Source: Lingula anatina
Taxonomy: Eukaryota > Animalia > Brachiopoda
Assembly: GCA_051362555.1 (NCBI GenBank)
Contig: CM120642.1
Span: forward strand, 24,676,001 to 24,740,000
Direction: 5' to 3'
DNA length: 64,000 nt
The first letter of the stretch is position 1, and the number at the start of each line of letters is the position of its first letter. The position numbers were made by a program, and so were the translations under genes. Below are positions 10,869 through 27,200 of this stretch, piece by piece. Below the pieces are notes generated by a model. It was not told the DNA's origin. It did not search any database and saw nothing but the letters and a program-made list of their open reading frames with translations.

Positions 10869-13800
10869 GTAAGTGCAACACCAGGAAATCAGCATGTGTT
10901 GTTTATGACTATCATCAGAGAGCTATAGCTACCAGTAGTACTCTGCATATGTCTTAGACAAGTCTATAGTTTTTTAAAACAATTAAAATTGTTACAATTA
11001 TGACAATAAATTGTTGTAATGAGTACAATAATGTTTTGAGCACTAGTTGGTCACACTTGTCATACAAGACAAAGCGGGTTAGACCTATATAGCAATAAAT
11101 AAATAGATTAATTAAAAATAATTAAAAATAAATAATAATAATAATGATAATAATAATAATAATAATGATAATAATAATAATAATAATAATAATAATTGAT
11201 AAATAGATGGAGTATAAGTAAATAAAAAAAATAAAAATCCTAAAAACTACATCAATATTCCCTTAATCGCTTTACTATATAGTGAAGACAAACTACTACA
11301 TAGTAAGACAAATTATTAGTTTGCACACTAGTTCTTCAAATGCCAAAAGAGAAAAATCTGTATATTACCAGTAAAGGTGTACCCAGTCCCAAACCATTGA
11401 GAGAACATATTACAGTCTGAAAACCCATTTCCAAGTTCTTCATCTCATTTTTCCCCTTCATGTAATTGTCACCAAACAATTAATGCTCTACTGGAACCCC
11501 AATATTTTTATACATGACTGATTGACAAAAGCTTTTCTAAGTCTAGAAAAACATGGATAATTTTGGATCCATATCATGGATAATTGTTGGCAAAGGGAAA
11601 GGATCCAGTTGATATTTCCACAGAAAATAATTTCTGTTCTCGAGTTCACTCTGTATCTTTAAAGGGTATGTGTAAAGCTTGTATGTCAATATTTATTATA
11701 CACAGTAGAGATATCAATATGATACCAGGATTGCAATGTGTGTGTGTGTGTGCGTGTGTGTGTGTACGTGGGAGAGAGAGAGAGAGAGAGAAGTGTGTAT
11801 GTGTGTGTGTAATACCAAACCTAGTATGTGATATCATGTCATGTGTCAATGAGGTGGCATCAATTCAACCTTAGTTTAAAAGGTTACTAGTAATACTGTA
11901 ACTGCAACTTTTTATCAGACGGTGTATACATTTATGGAGGGTAGTTAAGGTTAATACAGCTATAACCCCAACCTGTTATCAGACAATGTATACATTTATA
12001 TGGAGGCTAGTTAATGTTAATATACTGTAACTACAACTTGTTATCAGACAATGTACTGGAGTATACAGTAGGGATGGATATGTCACTGTGTTGATAGTGA
12101 ATGTTAGTCAGAGTCCATAGGATTAATAACAATTGTTGTTCATGCATTGTGTCAAATTAGAGGTATGACTGTCCATTTTTGAAAAAGTCCCAGGGTCATA
12201 TTGCTGTGTCTAAACATATCCAACAGACAGTATATTATTAAAATATAAAGGTACCTGAGGTTGATATTTCCTTCTGTAAAAGAAGAGTTGGTGGTGTAAA
12301 TATAACTAACCAGTCCCTGAATTCTATAATTTCGATTGGAAATGATATGCCATACAAAATGATTTTGATGTAATTTAAACATTGACACTAAAGAGCACAT
12401 AGTTAATGAAATTGCAGAAATATTTTAATATTTAATATCTAAAAATGGCCATGAAAAGAATATTTTGATCCACAGATCAAATATGGCCAACCCATTTGAA
12501 AGCTTACCATGTATTCCCCACGGGGAATGTATTCAATGTCTGTTAGGAGATTATGCAGCTAGCTTTCAAGGGGGATGGCCATTTTTGATCTGCAGATCTG
12601 TTAGATGCATTCCCAGATATTTAGATCGATCCAGAGATTTAGATTTAGATCGACTTAACTTCCTGGGGGTTCACGCTAAATTGCAGTCAGCCGAGCGTGC
12701 ACCATAGTTAATTACCCCCTTACAGCTTTTAGTAGGCGGGACAGATGCTTAAGCCAGCTAAGCTGAGAGTAATCTAGTGAGACTCCCCACAGGGATAGAT
12801 CGATCTAAAATCTATGGGAATGGGGTCTTAGTCCATGGATCAACTTGTCCTGAAGGAGCTCTTTCTGAACTCAAATTATAATCTGTTTTTTTTTTTAGAT
12901 CAGTGGTGGCAGAGAGGCCAGGGCCCAATATTTTTCTATACTGGCAATGAGGGGCCAATTACAGCATTTTGGAAATCTGCAGGATTTCTGTGTGATATTG
13001 CCCCACAGTTTAAGGCCTTGGTGATATTTGCTGAACATGTAAGTATTTAGCAATTTAAAATTTAATATATTTGTTTTAAATTTTATTTTTTCTTTATTTT
13101 TCAGTATATTTATTCCCCAGGGATTCATTCATTAATTTATTCATCATTATTCTGCCATTCTTTTTTAATTTTCTTGTAATTTTTTTTCTCTTGCTTGTTT
13201 TAACTTAGTATATCCATTGAATTTAAGAAAATTAACATATCATCATTTCCATAACTTACTTTTTTAGTATTCATTTATTTAGTAAGAGGAATATGGAATA
13301 TAGTTACTGTAATATATTGGAAATATATGATTGATTCATTATTTTTTGAGGTGAAATGTCACCAATATGCATGAAATTTAGATACAGTCCTGTATTGCAC
13401 CACTAGGCATGCAAATTATTAATATTCCCTTATAATCCTAAATTTCAACTACCCCATTCCACTTGCCAGTATGAAAATTATGAAATTTGTGTTCTGACTA
13501 ATTGTTGACAGGAAATTGGTGCTTTTAGGTAGCTATAAAAGCCATGCCCTCGGTTTTAAACATATTGTTATAATTGACATGAACAGCACTAATGTACACA
13601 TGTATTATGCCTTTTTGTTTGTTATTTCTGCACTTTTGTGAACAAAGTCTATGTGGATCATGCCCTCAGAATGTTCATTTGTGATATCTAAACTGCAACA
13701 CAGGTATGTGTACATACTAGCATGCATGTGGGCAGATATATGAATGTATCTGAACACGCATGCATGCATACAAGGACATACACATCATGTGACATGCACA

Positions 13801-16023
13801 CACACACACACACACCAAAACTGACAAGTGTTCTGTTTCGTACAATGCAATATGTGTGAGCAATTCAAGTTTTAGACTGATGTCTAAGAATTTAAAAAAT
13901 GTCCATCAAAACACAAGGGGTGAATTCTTCTTAATGAAGTCATCATCAACACCACCAATCCAGCCTACTTGTTGTTTCTGTCTTTGATGACTGATTTTGC
14001 TTCTAATTTGAAGAAGTTTTCAGAATGGTCCCAAATGTGTTTTCAAGTATGCATCAATCATATATAATTTTGAAATGTATTAGATTTTAAATAATGAAAC
14101 ACACACACACACACACACTCAGACACACATACAATTTGAAGGGAAATAAAAACATTCAAAAATAGTTAAAAAAAAAAAAACTCTTTATTGATGCTGGCAT
14201 ACCACCCTTTGAAGATTTTGATTGTATTGTAAGTCTCACCTGACACATGTATCTCAACAGTACCTAACATTTCAGTGACTGATTGTGATTGTCACACCTA
14301 TCACATTAATAAAACCCACAGCACAACCCATATGAAGTAAATATTTGTTAAATTGTAAATACAAGCAGATAGAAGCAATATTTATTTGGACAGAAGGAAA
14401 AATAAAACAGGAAATAGATTGTCTTTCTTCGCACCTTTCGCAGATAATCTCAATTGATCATCAGGACTCAAAACTATTTTTTGGCCATGTATCACGATGC
14501 AAGAAATATATACTACTGCTGGCCAATGGAATTGAGCGAGCGTATTTATATTGACTGCTTTGGATTTAATCTGCTGCAGAGACTGCTTTAGGACTTTATA
14601 AGATATAGGAGATCCTCATACCAATGGAGCTTCCTGCATAACATGCAGAATTCCAGGAATCGGTGGGAAAATGGCTATTACCTCTTTGTAGACTAAACAC
14701 CCTTAGAATTTTAGGTGAGTAGAAAAGCTTTTCAAGAGGAATTCAAATGATTTTTGCATTTTTTTTGTCTTTTGTGTAATCAAGCTATTGTAAAATTTTC
14801 TTGGGCCTAATCTGGCTTACTAAAGTTAATTAACATGTATAGTTGATATATTGAAGTACTTATTTTTATTTATTTTTCACTTTCTATGTGCTCTAGACCC
14901 ATAAGGTGAAATGATTACAGATAAAAATGTTTCACAAAAATATCTTTTATCAATCCCAATCATAATCATAATTGAGAAGATAAGGGTAAAGGACTGAATA
15001 AGTAAGTTAGATTTTGGTGAAAAAAATTGCAATATTTTATAGCATCCTCACCAGTTTTAATACAAACTGACCAACATTTTGCTGCCATACTAAAAAAGTC
15101 CTTAGAAGGTGTGTTTCTAATAAGAGTATTTCCTTATTTCAGTGGCTGAATGAACTGTCATTTACATAATATATTTTTTTTCTTAAGGGATGTAGCAAAT
15201 TGTTGGAGGCATACACATGCCATCCTTAGAAACATTTTAGTACATTCAAAGTAAATTCCTTGTAACGCCCCTTTAACTGGCATACCTTGAATTGTCAGAA
15301 AAGCAAAATTCATTTTTTTTTCTTTTCAGTAACTTTGCTATGATTAAAATTATTAGGACGTTAGAATACACCTGTAAGCAATGATGGAGAGATCAGTTTT
15401 TTTATCGCTAATTGATGATGGCAAGGTTCCTCTTATGAATAAGCAAAGATATATGTTTTGCCATATTGCCAACAAAAGCAAGCTTGATAACATGTTATTT
15501 AATCTATTTTCTGGCACAGTGTTAAGCAACATTAAGGGAAGCAACAGAGGAGGAGATGAAAAGTCAGGTTTGCTGCACACCGTTTTGTTTGTAGACCTAT
15601 ATACTTTGCTTCACCAAAAACCAATTATTTACTGGCCTGATTTTTTTAGTGTAAACATTCACCTGACATATGTAATGTAGATTGCATTACATCCTACTGC
15701 AGACAGTTGGCAGGAGAAAATTGTCTGACAAAATTGTCTGCCTCCTCGACCAGCAAGGTGGTAATTAACTATTGTGGGTGCTTGGCTCTCTGAAGCTTTC
15801 ACTGGAGGAGGCGTGTCAGATAATTAAGCTGATTACACTGAATGCACTTTAGCCAGAATTTCCCACAGAGTTAGAGCGATCCAGCTAGTATGAAGGGTTT
15901 ATCTGAATGTAGTCAATGACATTTATTATGGTGAGTCAAGTAAGCAGGTCAAAAATCACTTTTTTGAAAAGGGGACCTTCCTGGCTACATGCCTGCATTA
16001 GTTTTACATAATGAGGTCAGATG

Positions 16024-16070
<47 letters not shown>

Positions 16071-19000
16071 TTGTGGGCCATACTCACAATGAGCTTATGT
16101 TGATCCCTTGGTTTTGATGTGAACCTAATATGATAGGAGGTAATCAACATAATGTTTATGCTCACCTCAGAAACAGTAAGATTTAGGACTTCACTTTAGG
16201 GGTTGGGATGGTTGAAAGAAACTACTCAGGTGCAAATAGGCAGAAAAGAAGTAAGAAAGCTGTAAGGAAACACAAGGTTTCCATGACTCGTGCAGATCGC
16301 TGATTGCATGATTTTATTCAAGACTGATAAGAACAGACCTGTCTAAATGGTGACTCATCCTGTATAACTCTGTATAAAGCGTGGGTGTTAAATGATAAAG
16401 GTAGATAGGTTCTGATATATCACGTCTGGTTTGTACTGGAGTCTCAATGATTTGCAGTTGCACTGGGATTTAGAATACTTCTAGGAGGCAATTATAGAAT
16501 GGAACCTCTCCATCATAATGAAGATTGCTCTTGCCACATATATTCATTTTGTTGATGCTCTTCTGAACCAAAGGTGTTTTGGATTAATATGTTTATTTGT
16601 TTTGAGAGTTTGGTTCATTAGGTCAGGGTTCTTTTGACACTTAAATGATCATCTGCCAAATGTTTTTTCTGTTGTCCAGTCAGGTGTAACAAAAGCACAC
16701 TTGATTATTTGGTATTTTATATATTTTTCAGGGTCTGAAGATTGTTTGAGAAACACATCTACCTGAGGAAGGAATTTAATCAGGACATAAGGAACATCGG
16801 CCAGCAGTTTTATAGGCAGGTATGTTGTCTCACTTTGAAATGCTGTAGTTACATGTTAGAAAAACATGTAAGTACATACTTGTATTTGCACTAGTAGTAT
16901 CTGAAGCTCTTGTGCTCATGAATCAAGAACCACTCTCTTGAACCATGTGTTAACATACTAGAGTGATCACTTTCTGGAAAATTACTCTCAAAATTGACCT
17001 TTAGCCTTGATTTTAGTAAATGTTCTTGATTTCCCACCTGAGAAATATAATGGCAACACATTTCCTTGGGCTCTTGCATAACTTACTAGTTAGAATGCTG
17101 GCATTTGTTACATCTGTTGTATATTGCAAGTTTTCATATGATCTATATATATTTCTGTTTATGTCGTCATATATATTAGATATGTCAGTGATTCAAAACC
17201 CTGTATACAAAGCAATTTTTAAAAGTTTTTTAATTTCAAACAGTCAAATAGAATTTCACAATCCTTGCCATCCGCTGGAAAAGAAACAAACTGTCTTATA
17301 CACATATTTCCTGACCAAACCTAAATGTTTTTTTAAATCTAACTGAAATTTATTCATACCCTATTAAGTTACAAAATTACATATATTTCATAACACAAAA
17401 TGTTTCTATATGTACTTTATATATCTGTGAAGGAGCATATTCTGTTACAATACCAGTACATTTTTCATTGCTTCTCCTATCCATTATTCATGTACTGACA
17501 CCATATATAGAGTTCTGTGTTTGTCTACTTTTTAGAAAAAATCTTTCTGGTGTTTTTTTATGTGGTGGTTTTATATTCCCAACATGTTATATGTATATAT
17601 CATGCTTTCATCTTACAATAATTTAGTTCACTTTAGTGTATATAGATTACCAGGCTCCTGCACTTGGGAATTTCTTGTTAATGATTTGTGTTATAGGCAT
17701 CCACGGCCAGTAAGTGCAGGGCAGAGATTGAATTTGAGGATTGATTTATACTAATGTAGATGTAACAGGCAAATTAAACTTAACATACATCTCTTTCTAT
17801 TAACCTACAAAGTCCTCAGTAAAGGATATTAGATTGAACAGCCTCTAACTTTAAGGTACATACTTGTAATTTCTACTGGCCATTATGATTTTATCCCAGC
17901 TTGATTTAGGATCAACCAGTTCAGGCTACTGAAGACATGTACTATATAGAAAGAGACAAGACAGGGAATGATTTTCAGTAAGTTTTGTATTGAGACAGAA
18001 AATAATAATTGCCTGAAAACAAGTGTATACTGAACTCACTGTCTTGAAGCTGGTCTACATCACCCTTGTTCAAGGTGAGAATCCACCCGACAAAAACGTA
18101 AACAGGAGATTTCAATCTTGTGCTTTCACAGGAAATGTCATGAGTTATACTTTTGTATGTTTTTGTGCGGGGAGGAGTCGTGAAAACCTGGTTTATTGCC
18201 ATCATATTTTTTTTTCTCACTAAGAGTCTGTTATGTAGTACCCGTTACAAAACGCTGGCATTTCAGTAAGTTAATAGATCACAGCGAGCTAGTGTCTACC
18301 TGCATACTTCAAGGTAAGTGAAAGGAGAGAACACCTGTCTTCACCTGGATATGTTCATCAGGGACTATAAACAGGCCCGTAGCCAGCAATTTCAAAAGGG
18401 GGGTTCTTTTTCTGAAAAAGTGGACCTTTTAACACGACATCTTTGTGTACCTAGATAAAATTTTACCCAGAGGGGACCTTTTCCCAGCCAAAAAGGGGGT
18501 TCTTTCTATCCTCCCAAACACCCACTGGCTACAGGCCTGATGAAGAACAGTACTGTATTACTATGGGCTTCAGGCTCTATGCCCTGTCTGGGATGGATGG
18601 ATATGAAACTTGGTACTGAGTAAGGTCAGTGACTCAGTTAATCAATGCTGTCTATTTCCACTAAATGTCTGTAGTTATCACAAAAGAAATTAACTTGGTA
18701 AGAAAGTTGGTCCTTTAACTTAAAGATGGAAATGTTGGTATAATTATACCCATTGTTAGTAAAAGTTAACTTACTCAATAAGGTCTTGTTCCCTTGTCAA
18801 AATTTAAAAGATTGCTCTGTTTCAAAGATAGTTGCTTCATTTTTGTTGACTTTTAGAGATTTTCCCAGATCAATAATTACTAGAAGTCTCATTTTTAAAA
18901 CATTATTTCCAATCAAAATGATTAAAGTGTTTCTTGAGAAATACTGAGTATAAATGGCCGATGTTTAAGTATAGGTAATGAGGAAGTTCACTGCCAGTGT

Positions 19001-20082
19001 TTCCAGGGACACAAGTACCTACCTAACAGGAATATATTGAGCATGCTACAATTAAATCACCTATGCAAGGGAAGTAGTGCCTTCTTTCCTGGGATATCAA
19101 CAAGGATGTAATATTATTCCTCTGATTCTTACATAGAGAGAACATACAAATCAGACTAGGAGGAAAATATGTTAGCAGAGGCCCTTTGCTCCCTGGGGAG
19201 AGGAATATTAAAGGACTTCACCTGGTTGCTAGAGTTACTTGTGATATTCCACACCTAGGTTCCTGACATTGATATTATATTGGGCATAAAAAAATAAAAG
19301 TATAATAAAAAAACAGAAAAGTTTTATTAGATCTGTAAAGTCAATGATGTACAGTGTAACATCATGGAGTAGGAATAAGTTACTGGCAGCTCTAGTTTGT
19401 GAATAAGTCTAGATGTCAACTAGATAAAATTGTTAACAGGATACTAAAAATTTAAGGACCTTAACAATGAATGTTTTGTCGTGTAAAAGTATTTGCATAT
19501 TTGCTACTGAGATATGTCATAAATTGCATTTATATCATATGTTTACCTTCTAAGTCATAATTTGAGAACAAGATGATGAAAATTTAACCAGAAAACAGAG
19601 GGAAACAAATGCTTTTAGTGTCAGGCATTCAATCAATAGGTTCAAGGTTGTTTTGCGTGTATACTTCATAATATAGTACATTAATATAAACTGCAGTGTG
19701 AAACCGCCATCTGTTGTCGTTTTTAAACAGTATCGTGTTTAGTATTTGTTAAAATGGTTCCACACTCTAAGTTGCCTATGTACAAATAAACCCAGGTATA
19801 TTTGTAGATTCAAAAGTTGAGAAGTGTCCTTGGAATCACCACGTGATGAATTTATTATTGGAAATATGATTGATGGCTATCGACCTGCTTCCATGATTAT
19901 TGAGGTACGTCTGTGTAGATTATATGTACTCCTATTACTCAGCAACAGCTGATTCTCAATACTATTAAAATGAAGCTGACTTAGTAACCTGTCGTAATTT
20001 TCAGAAATGAAACAAATGAAAGAATAAATAAGGACGTAAGATTTGCTTATTTGCATAGATATAATAAGTGGTTGACATCAGC

Positions 20083-20118
<36 letters not shown>

Positions 20119-23100
20119 AGAACTTGATATTTTATTTTGAAAATGGTCCAACCGTATCTTAATATGATTGTTCCTGGGGCTCTTCTTTTAAGGATATATA
20201 GTGACATATCTATGCATTCATATTTAGTTATCGAAAAAATAGTAGAAACTTTATAAAACCATGTAGTTTTTTGTCAGTAGTGATTCTTTGCTTAAAGTAA
20301 TAACTAATAAGCTTAAAAGAAGGGAAAGGAATGGGGAATGTAAGTTCACCAACTAAAAAATTATCCTGTGCATTTCATCGTTGATATGGGTTCAAGGGTT
20401 CTAAGAGTGCATTCCCAGAGATTTAGATGGATCCATCCAGATCGACCTAACTCCCTGGGGGTTCATGCTAAATTGCTGTCAGCCGAGCGCGCACAGTAGT
20501 TAATTACCCCCTTACAGCTTTTAGTAGGCGGGACAGACGCTTAAGCCAGCTAAGCTGACAATAATCAAGTGAGACTCTCCACAGGGATACATCAATCTAA
20601 ATTCTGTGGGAACGGGGTCTTAATGTATGAGATGGAAGTACCACTGGCTACCTGTGGTCTGTAAACACCTATAACCTACTTTCAGATAATTTCTTCCAGG
20701 AGACTTTGAAGTGGTCAAAATACCTGACTGTGAAGCTGCATTCAGACATTATGGTAATGGCTCGATCATTTCAACCAGGAAAATTTATTAGTGTTAAAGG
20801 TTCATAATTTTGGAATCATTCAAATTACATTTCTGTGTAACATCTTGGTGCTTTTACTGTATAGTATAGAATTATTAGGGAGTCTGCTTTTCAATTGTGT
20901 TGCTACCACCCAATAGGAATGTTTAAATTTTAAGACTTTATTACTTCGTGTTTAAATATTCCCGGTTGAAATATAAGCCATTACCGTATAGACCTAATAG
21001 CAATGAAATAAAGAACAGCTTGGGCTGAGGAACAGTCCATGTTCAGACTGAGCTAAATTTAAAACCAAACATTCTCTGGCTGGTGATGTGAATAGAGTCT
21101 TGTTAGCCAGAGGCTAATAATTATTCAGTTTTAGTAAGTGTAGAAAATATGGTTTTGGTGATCTTCATTGATTTGGCTTTTAACCTTGATTGCATTAAAA
21201 AGAAATTTGTTTTGGTATCAGCATACTGTCTGTATTGGTTTCAATATCCTATTAATAGGTGCCAAAAAAACTTCTTTTTGAGGTTTTGGTAAATTCTGGT
21301 TAAAAGTTTATAAAAAAAGAAAATAAAAAAGATGCCTGTCAGCAGATTTTTTTTTTGTAATTATACACTCCATTTACAAGGCACTTGCAGGATAATTATC
21401 ACCATGGCCCTGATCCAGCTGGTTAAATTGTGCCAAATGTCAATGGGTATTATAAATTGTCATTGAGATATGGAGATCGATTTCACTTCTATTGAGTATA
21501 AACTAGACAGGCTGATACTGACTATTTTAATCTTTGGGCTAGATACTAAAAAAGACAATGATTGCACTTGGTCTAATGACTATGTTGATAAATCAAACCT
21601 GTTTAAATTGACTTCATAGGACCATATTCTGGATGAAAGCAAATAATATGTAGGTACATATATAGTTATATGTAATGAGGAAATATAAAACACTTTACAC
21701 GATCTTATTCAAATATATTCTTTATACAAGTGCATGATTAACCAAAGTTATATATTGTATTATCCAATATAAACAAATTAGTATGGCTGCTGATATCCCA
21801 GTTTCTTTAATCCTATGTGTGGAGGTGGGAATGTATGTGAAACAGCTGTCCGGGTGCTCTTAACATGTGCACTATCTTGCTGCCTATTACATGAATGGTA
21901 TGGCGTGTTTTGAAGTTTTCACCTTTTGCATGCCTCAGGTAACCAGCCTCTTTGGTTGCTGCATCGTATTGGGTGGTACGTTTGCAATGAACACGAGGTA
22001 GTCAGTTGATTGTAGTGTATTTTGGGTATGCTAGGTACTCTGAAGATGGCGGGACTCTGAGTGGAAGTGCAGTATAATTGCATAGTCAAAGTCTTCAGTT
22101 CGATCAACTATTAGTGATTATAACTGGTCTCATGAAATGCCTTTCTCCCACCCACAAGTGAACTCTGATATTCAAGGTATGTTTATATAGAACTTCATAA
22201 TGTAGAGAAGTACATTAGATGATATTGTGTCTTTAAATTAAGCTGAAACAAAATGACAAAAATTCTTTGTGTTGAGTCTATTTTTAAGTTGCTGCCTATC
22301 ATCCACCAGGAAGCATATGATATATTATTTAGGTACAGTTAAGTAAAATGTCTGTATAGTGGGTCTGAAAACCCTAAGAGTGTTGAATGCTTTTAAATGA
22401 AATGGTTCAGAGAGTCAATATAGTCTATAAATGGATCCAATACTGTGTAATTAGGAAGAAATGTTTAAACCCTTATTCTGCTTGTATGCATAATTTTTTT
22501 TCAATGCAAACATGGAAATCGTGAACAGACACTTGGATATTATCAATAATGTAGATGTATTGCCGAGAATGCTCAACCAAAGTTACCATGATAATAGATG
22601 GTTGATTTTTATGTTCCATTATATATTTTTTGGAACATTTGGGACTTTGGAGTCACTTTCTGTCATGGATGTTAATTAAAGGACTTCTTTTATCGAGATT
22701 AATATTTTACTTTTTTATGTAACCTAACATTTTTCTGATTAAGATATATATACCCATGCAAACTGACCCTCAAACCGAGTAAAAAAAATGAGAGATGGAC
22801 TCCAGTATATACACTTTATATACAAGCCAACCTGAACTCTGTTATGCTTGGCAATAGTGAAACTTTAATCTCCACCATGTTAAAATTGATGAATGTTCTA
22901 GTGCTATCGTCCGACACCTGCATGTTAGATGACAGATTATAACCATTAACTTAAGGTAAGCAGGAAAGCCTGCCGTGATGCTGTTCTATTATGTGCTACT
23001 TCCCCCTCCCACTCTCCTTTTGAAATAGATTGTGTTATCATTATACCCAAATGGATTTTTTTTTTGCCTTTAGGATTAAGGAGAACTACAGTGTATTTTT

Positions 23101-24209
23101 GTTTTTGACAGGTGGTTAGAAGTTTGCTGAGTAGTTGATTTGATAATTTATTATTTTGAACTAATTACAGGTACTTCACGAAGCACTTAGTACAGTTGAT
23201 GCATATCTTGATATACTTGTACAAGTACCGGACTTTATTGTACATAGTAAATAGTGGATCTAAAAACATAGTGCATATAGTCAGATGTACTGTGGTCTAT
23301 TTGACAGTTAATGTTTTGTAACCAGTGAAATATTACATAGTGCTTGAATATTTATTTCCATAGAGTGATACCATATAGGGGATATTTGCGCGTATCAGAC
23401 AACAGATTTGACAAAAAAGCATTGTGATTCAGTGGTAGCGTGTGTAGTACATTCTGGGATTCATAACACGGGTAGATAATTACTTATTTCTTCCAGAAAT
23501 CAGATGCTAGTTCAGATATAGTACAATACAATACAATAAATTTTATTTCATGTCGGGTATAAATTGAAAGGTAGATGGAATAGAATAATAGTATGTACTA
23601 AATTATGTATTACTTTTAATCATAATGTTTTGACATTGATGATAGAAGTAATACGATTGTTGCACAAAGCCACCAGTCTGAATATAGTGATATGATCAAA
23701 TTAAAGGATTGAAGAATCCCATTTGTCATTCAATATGAAAATAGAAGTAGGTGTAATTTGTGATTATTTTTTGTAATCGCATCAAGTGTTTGACCTTTAG
23801 AAATGAAATTCATTGTAATCAATCTTTTTCAGGGAGCAAAGATAGCTGGTTTGGGGTGGGGATGTGAATTGATGTTTCCTGGAGTAAATTGGTTCTTGTT
23901 GAAAAGCCAGGAAATGCACGCATGTAGCTTTTAGAAGGAACACTGTGTATGTAGTGAACCAGAAAATTCAGATATCAAAATAACTGTGGGATTATGCAAG
24001 TGATTGGTTTTAAGTTGATAATGGTTTTAAAATAATTATAGGTAAGTATACATGTTTCATATACATGTAATGCCTATAATTTTAAATAAAATACAACATA
24101 ATACCTACATGTATGTACTTGTAATAGAGTAACATTTACTTTAAAAAGCAATTTAGGCTGTTTAGGGCACTGAGCAGCACTTAAATAGAGGATTACTAGT
24201 TTGACTAAT

Positions 24210-24257
<48 letters not shown>

Positions 24258-27200
24258 AATCAAGAATTATAATACCTATGAAATCGGGATTTATCTTGTT
24301 TTTCTTAATCTAATAACGTTTTTCACTTATTTATTTTTACTTAGTGATGGGTTGAATCTGCCACCTGGCTTTGCTAAGGTTTACATGTATAGTTTTGATG
24401 GAGGGTTTGAGATCTTAATTAAATCTACTGGGGTCGGCTGCTTTTTCAATGTATAGAAGATGAAGGGGGGGGGGGGGGGTCACCAGCCTACCTGTATATG
24501 CTTGTTGTCCATAGATCTACCATATCATGCAGCAGTGATATACATCTGACACTAACTATGTAAGATGAATGATACATATACAAAATCCAATTTTGGTTTC
24601 AAAGACAGGCATCCAATATTTCAGACTGTAGATTGCATTATCCATCCAATATTTACAGCTTTAGATTGCATTATCCAATTTTGTAATGCAGATAAAATAT
24701 TGTTTTCTCTCAGAAAGATAAAACATTCCATTTTACTGTAACAGATAACAGGTTCAATTTTTAGGGCCCCTGATAAACATCCAATTTGATTTTGAGCGCA
24801 TTAGAGATGGGATATGTATACCTCATAGTATATTTAGAATTAAGCTTGCTTGGCAGATATTTTCCAATACAGAAGCACATCTGCTTGGATTTTGCCTACA
24901 TTACTTAAGGGCCATTCACACTAGCAAGTAAATGGCAGTCCAATAAACCCCATTAAATAGAACTGTGGTTGAATACACCCACTTCGCTTGCGTTCACACT
25001 TCTTATGGCAATAATTGCCATTTCATCAATCATACCAGTACTTCCTGTTAAGCATGCTCACTATACTTTTTCTCAGTAAAAAAATGATGATATGAACAAT
25101 ATGGCGAGAGTACACGTAACGATGGTTGTTATGCTGTGTAAAATATTTAATTTACTCATAAAAACTAATATTTCCATAAGAAAAACACATCACATATGAC
25201 AGCACTGTTAATAAAAATCAAATACAAAAACGTGTGGTCCAAAAGTAAACATCCAGTCTTTAACACGATTTACAGTTAACCACCATAGGGCCCCGAACTA
25301 GGTTTATTTGGACCACGGTCAAGGGTACATAGTCTGTTCACATAAGAAAAATTAACCAAGATAGGACTGCAATCAGGCCTTAACCACGGTCCAAATTGGT
25401 AGTGTGAATAGCCCTTTAATATGTTTATTTTCACATAGTTGGTCAGATAGGTTGAATTACTGTAATTGATCAAATCACAGTCACATATCTTTATTTCTAT
25501 ATACACTGTACTGTTCGAAGCAATACATGGCAAAGAAGGTCTGATGACTCCCCATTCTGGTTCTAAATGATTCATGCTTCTCGTACTTCCCGGTATGTAT
25601 GATATATTGTAGTGGTAGATGTATGTAATTTGCTTGGAACAAAAAGGAAATAAAGTCTTTCTGCTATAGCTATCATGCAACAAGGGTCATACAGCTGCAG
25701 GCTAGTGCTGCCATCTGGTGCTCGCTCAGATAATTATCACTTCGAAAGAGACCAAGAGTGTTGAGGTGAAAACTGGCAGTGTACGGATTAGGTTAATTAT
25801 TAATTGAATTTCAACAAAGAGAATCAATATTAATCTCCAAAAGAATTTATTTTTAATGATTATCAGGCTATCAGTAGTGAGATGACTTCACATCAGAAAG
25901 TATAGTGAGTACATTTTTATGAGTAACTAAAATAGGTAAATTATGAATATAAAAAACTACTGGAATGAGTGATGTGTTTGAAAATTTTAATTTATTTAGT
26001 ATGTTTATTAATAATAGTGTTGAGAATTTTAACAGTGCTCACAGTGTGGCATCAAGCCGTCAACTTTTGAATAATAACCACTGCTTGTAATATCTCTTAA
26101 ATTCTGGGGTTACGGTAGGGGTAACACTCAACAATTTAGCCAAATGGTAAAACTTACTTTTATAATTGGCTAAACAAAATATGATTGATTTCACTTGTTT
26201 TATTCAAATTTAAACCATTTGTGATTAAAAAAAGTAGTGATTTGGCTAAGTGAAAAAATTGCTAGCGCTACCCCAAAAATTGATTGTCTGGAAGCATGCT
26301 GTCGACTAACCTGTAAGGATTCAATTAATTAGAAATAGTCTCTTGCTGTACAATAATGAGCTCATCCAGTCGACTGAAAATAGAGTAAACTTGAGGACCA
26401 TGATCGTCGATGCCTGCACCAGGCCTGACACATGATGATGAGTCTCTTGCTGGTCAGCTATTATAGTGACCCATCAGCTTGAGCAGAAACATTGTTTTTG
26501 TAGTTATCTCCTGCAAGAAAGATTTTAGGCTAAATGAATGATGCATATATTTACTCAAAGTGGCCATACAGTTTATTTCATGGGTGAAAGGTTTTAGGAT
26601 TTTCAGTCTTCATTTTGATCATTTTTTCCATATGGTCTTAAATGTGATGAAGAAATGCAAGCTATGTTTTCAGAACTTTTAGTTTTTACAACTTTCACCC
26701 TTTTTTTTAAAGACTAAGATGTGCCTTTTGTGTTTTACTCAAATGCTAGTTACATATTGAACCGATGACATTTTAAGGTTTATTATCACATCCTCAGGGG
26801 TAAAAGGCATAATGCGTGCTTCCTGATTGCATCATGCAAACCTACGAGTACGGCTTTTATCGCACCGCCCACATTTAAGGATTTCAGCACACTTGGCCAC
26901 ATGTAAGGACAATACATGTAAGGACAATGCATGGCATTTTTGCCATCTTAGTTTTTTCATTAAGGACATGTAAGAACAATATAATGCCAATCCATGGCAT
27001 TTTTGCTATCTTACTTTTTTCAGTAATATTCCTTTCAAATAATAAGCAGCAATGATCAGATGCATGTTATGTTTTCTAGGGTTCTTTTGATGTTCATGTT
27101 GTTGATCCCAAGTGAAGTTCTGTGATCAGTTTAGGCATTTTAAGAAATAGAGAAAAAATTAAATTTTAAACATTCAAATTTGGTGGAAATTATCAAAATA

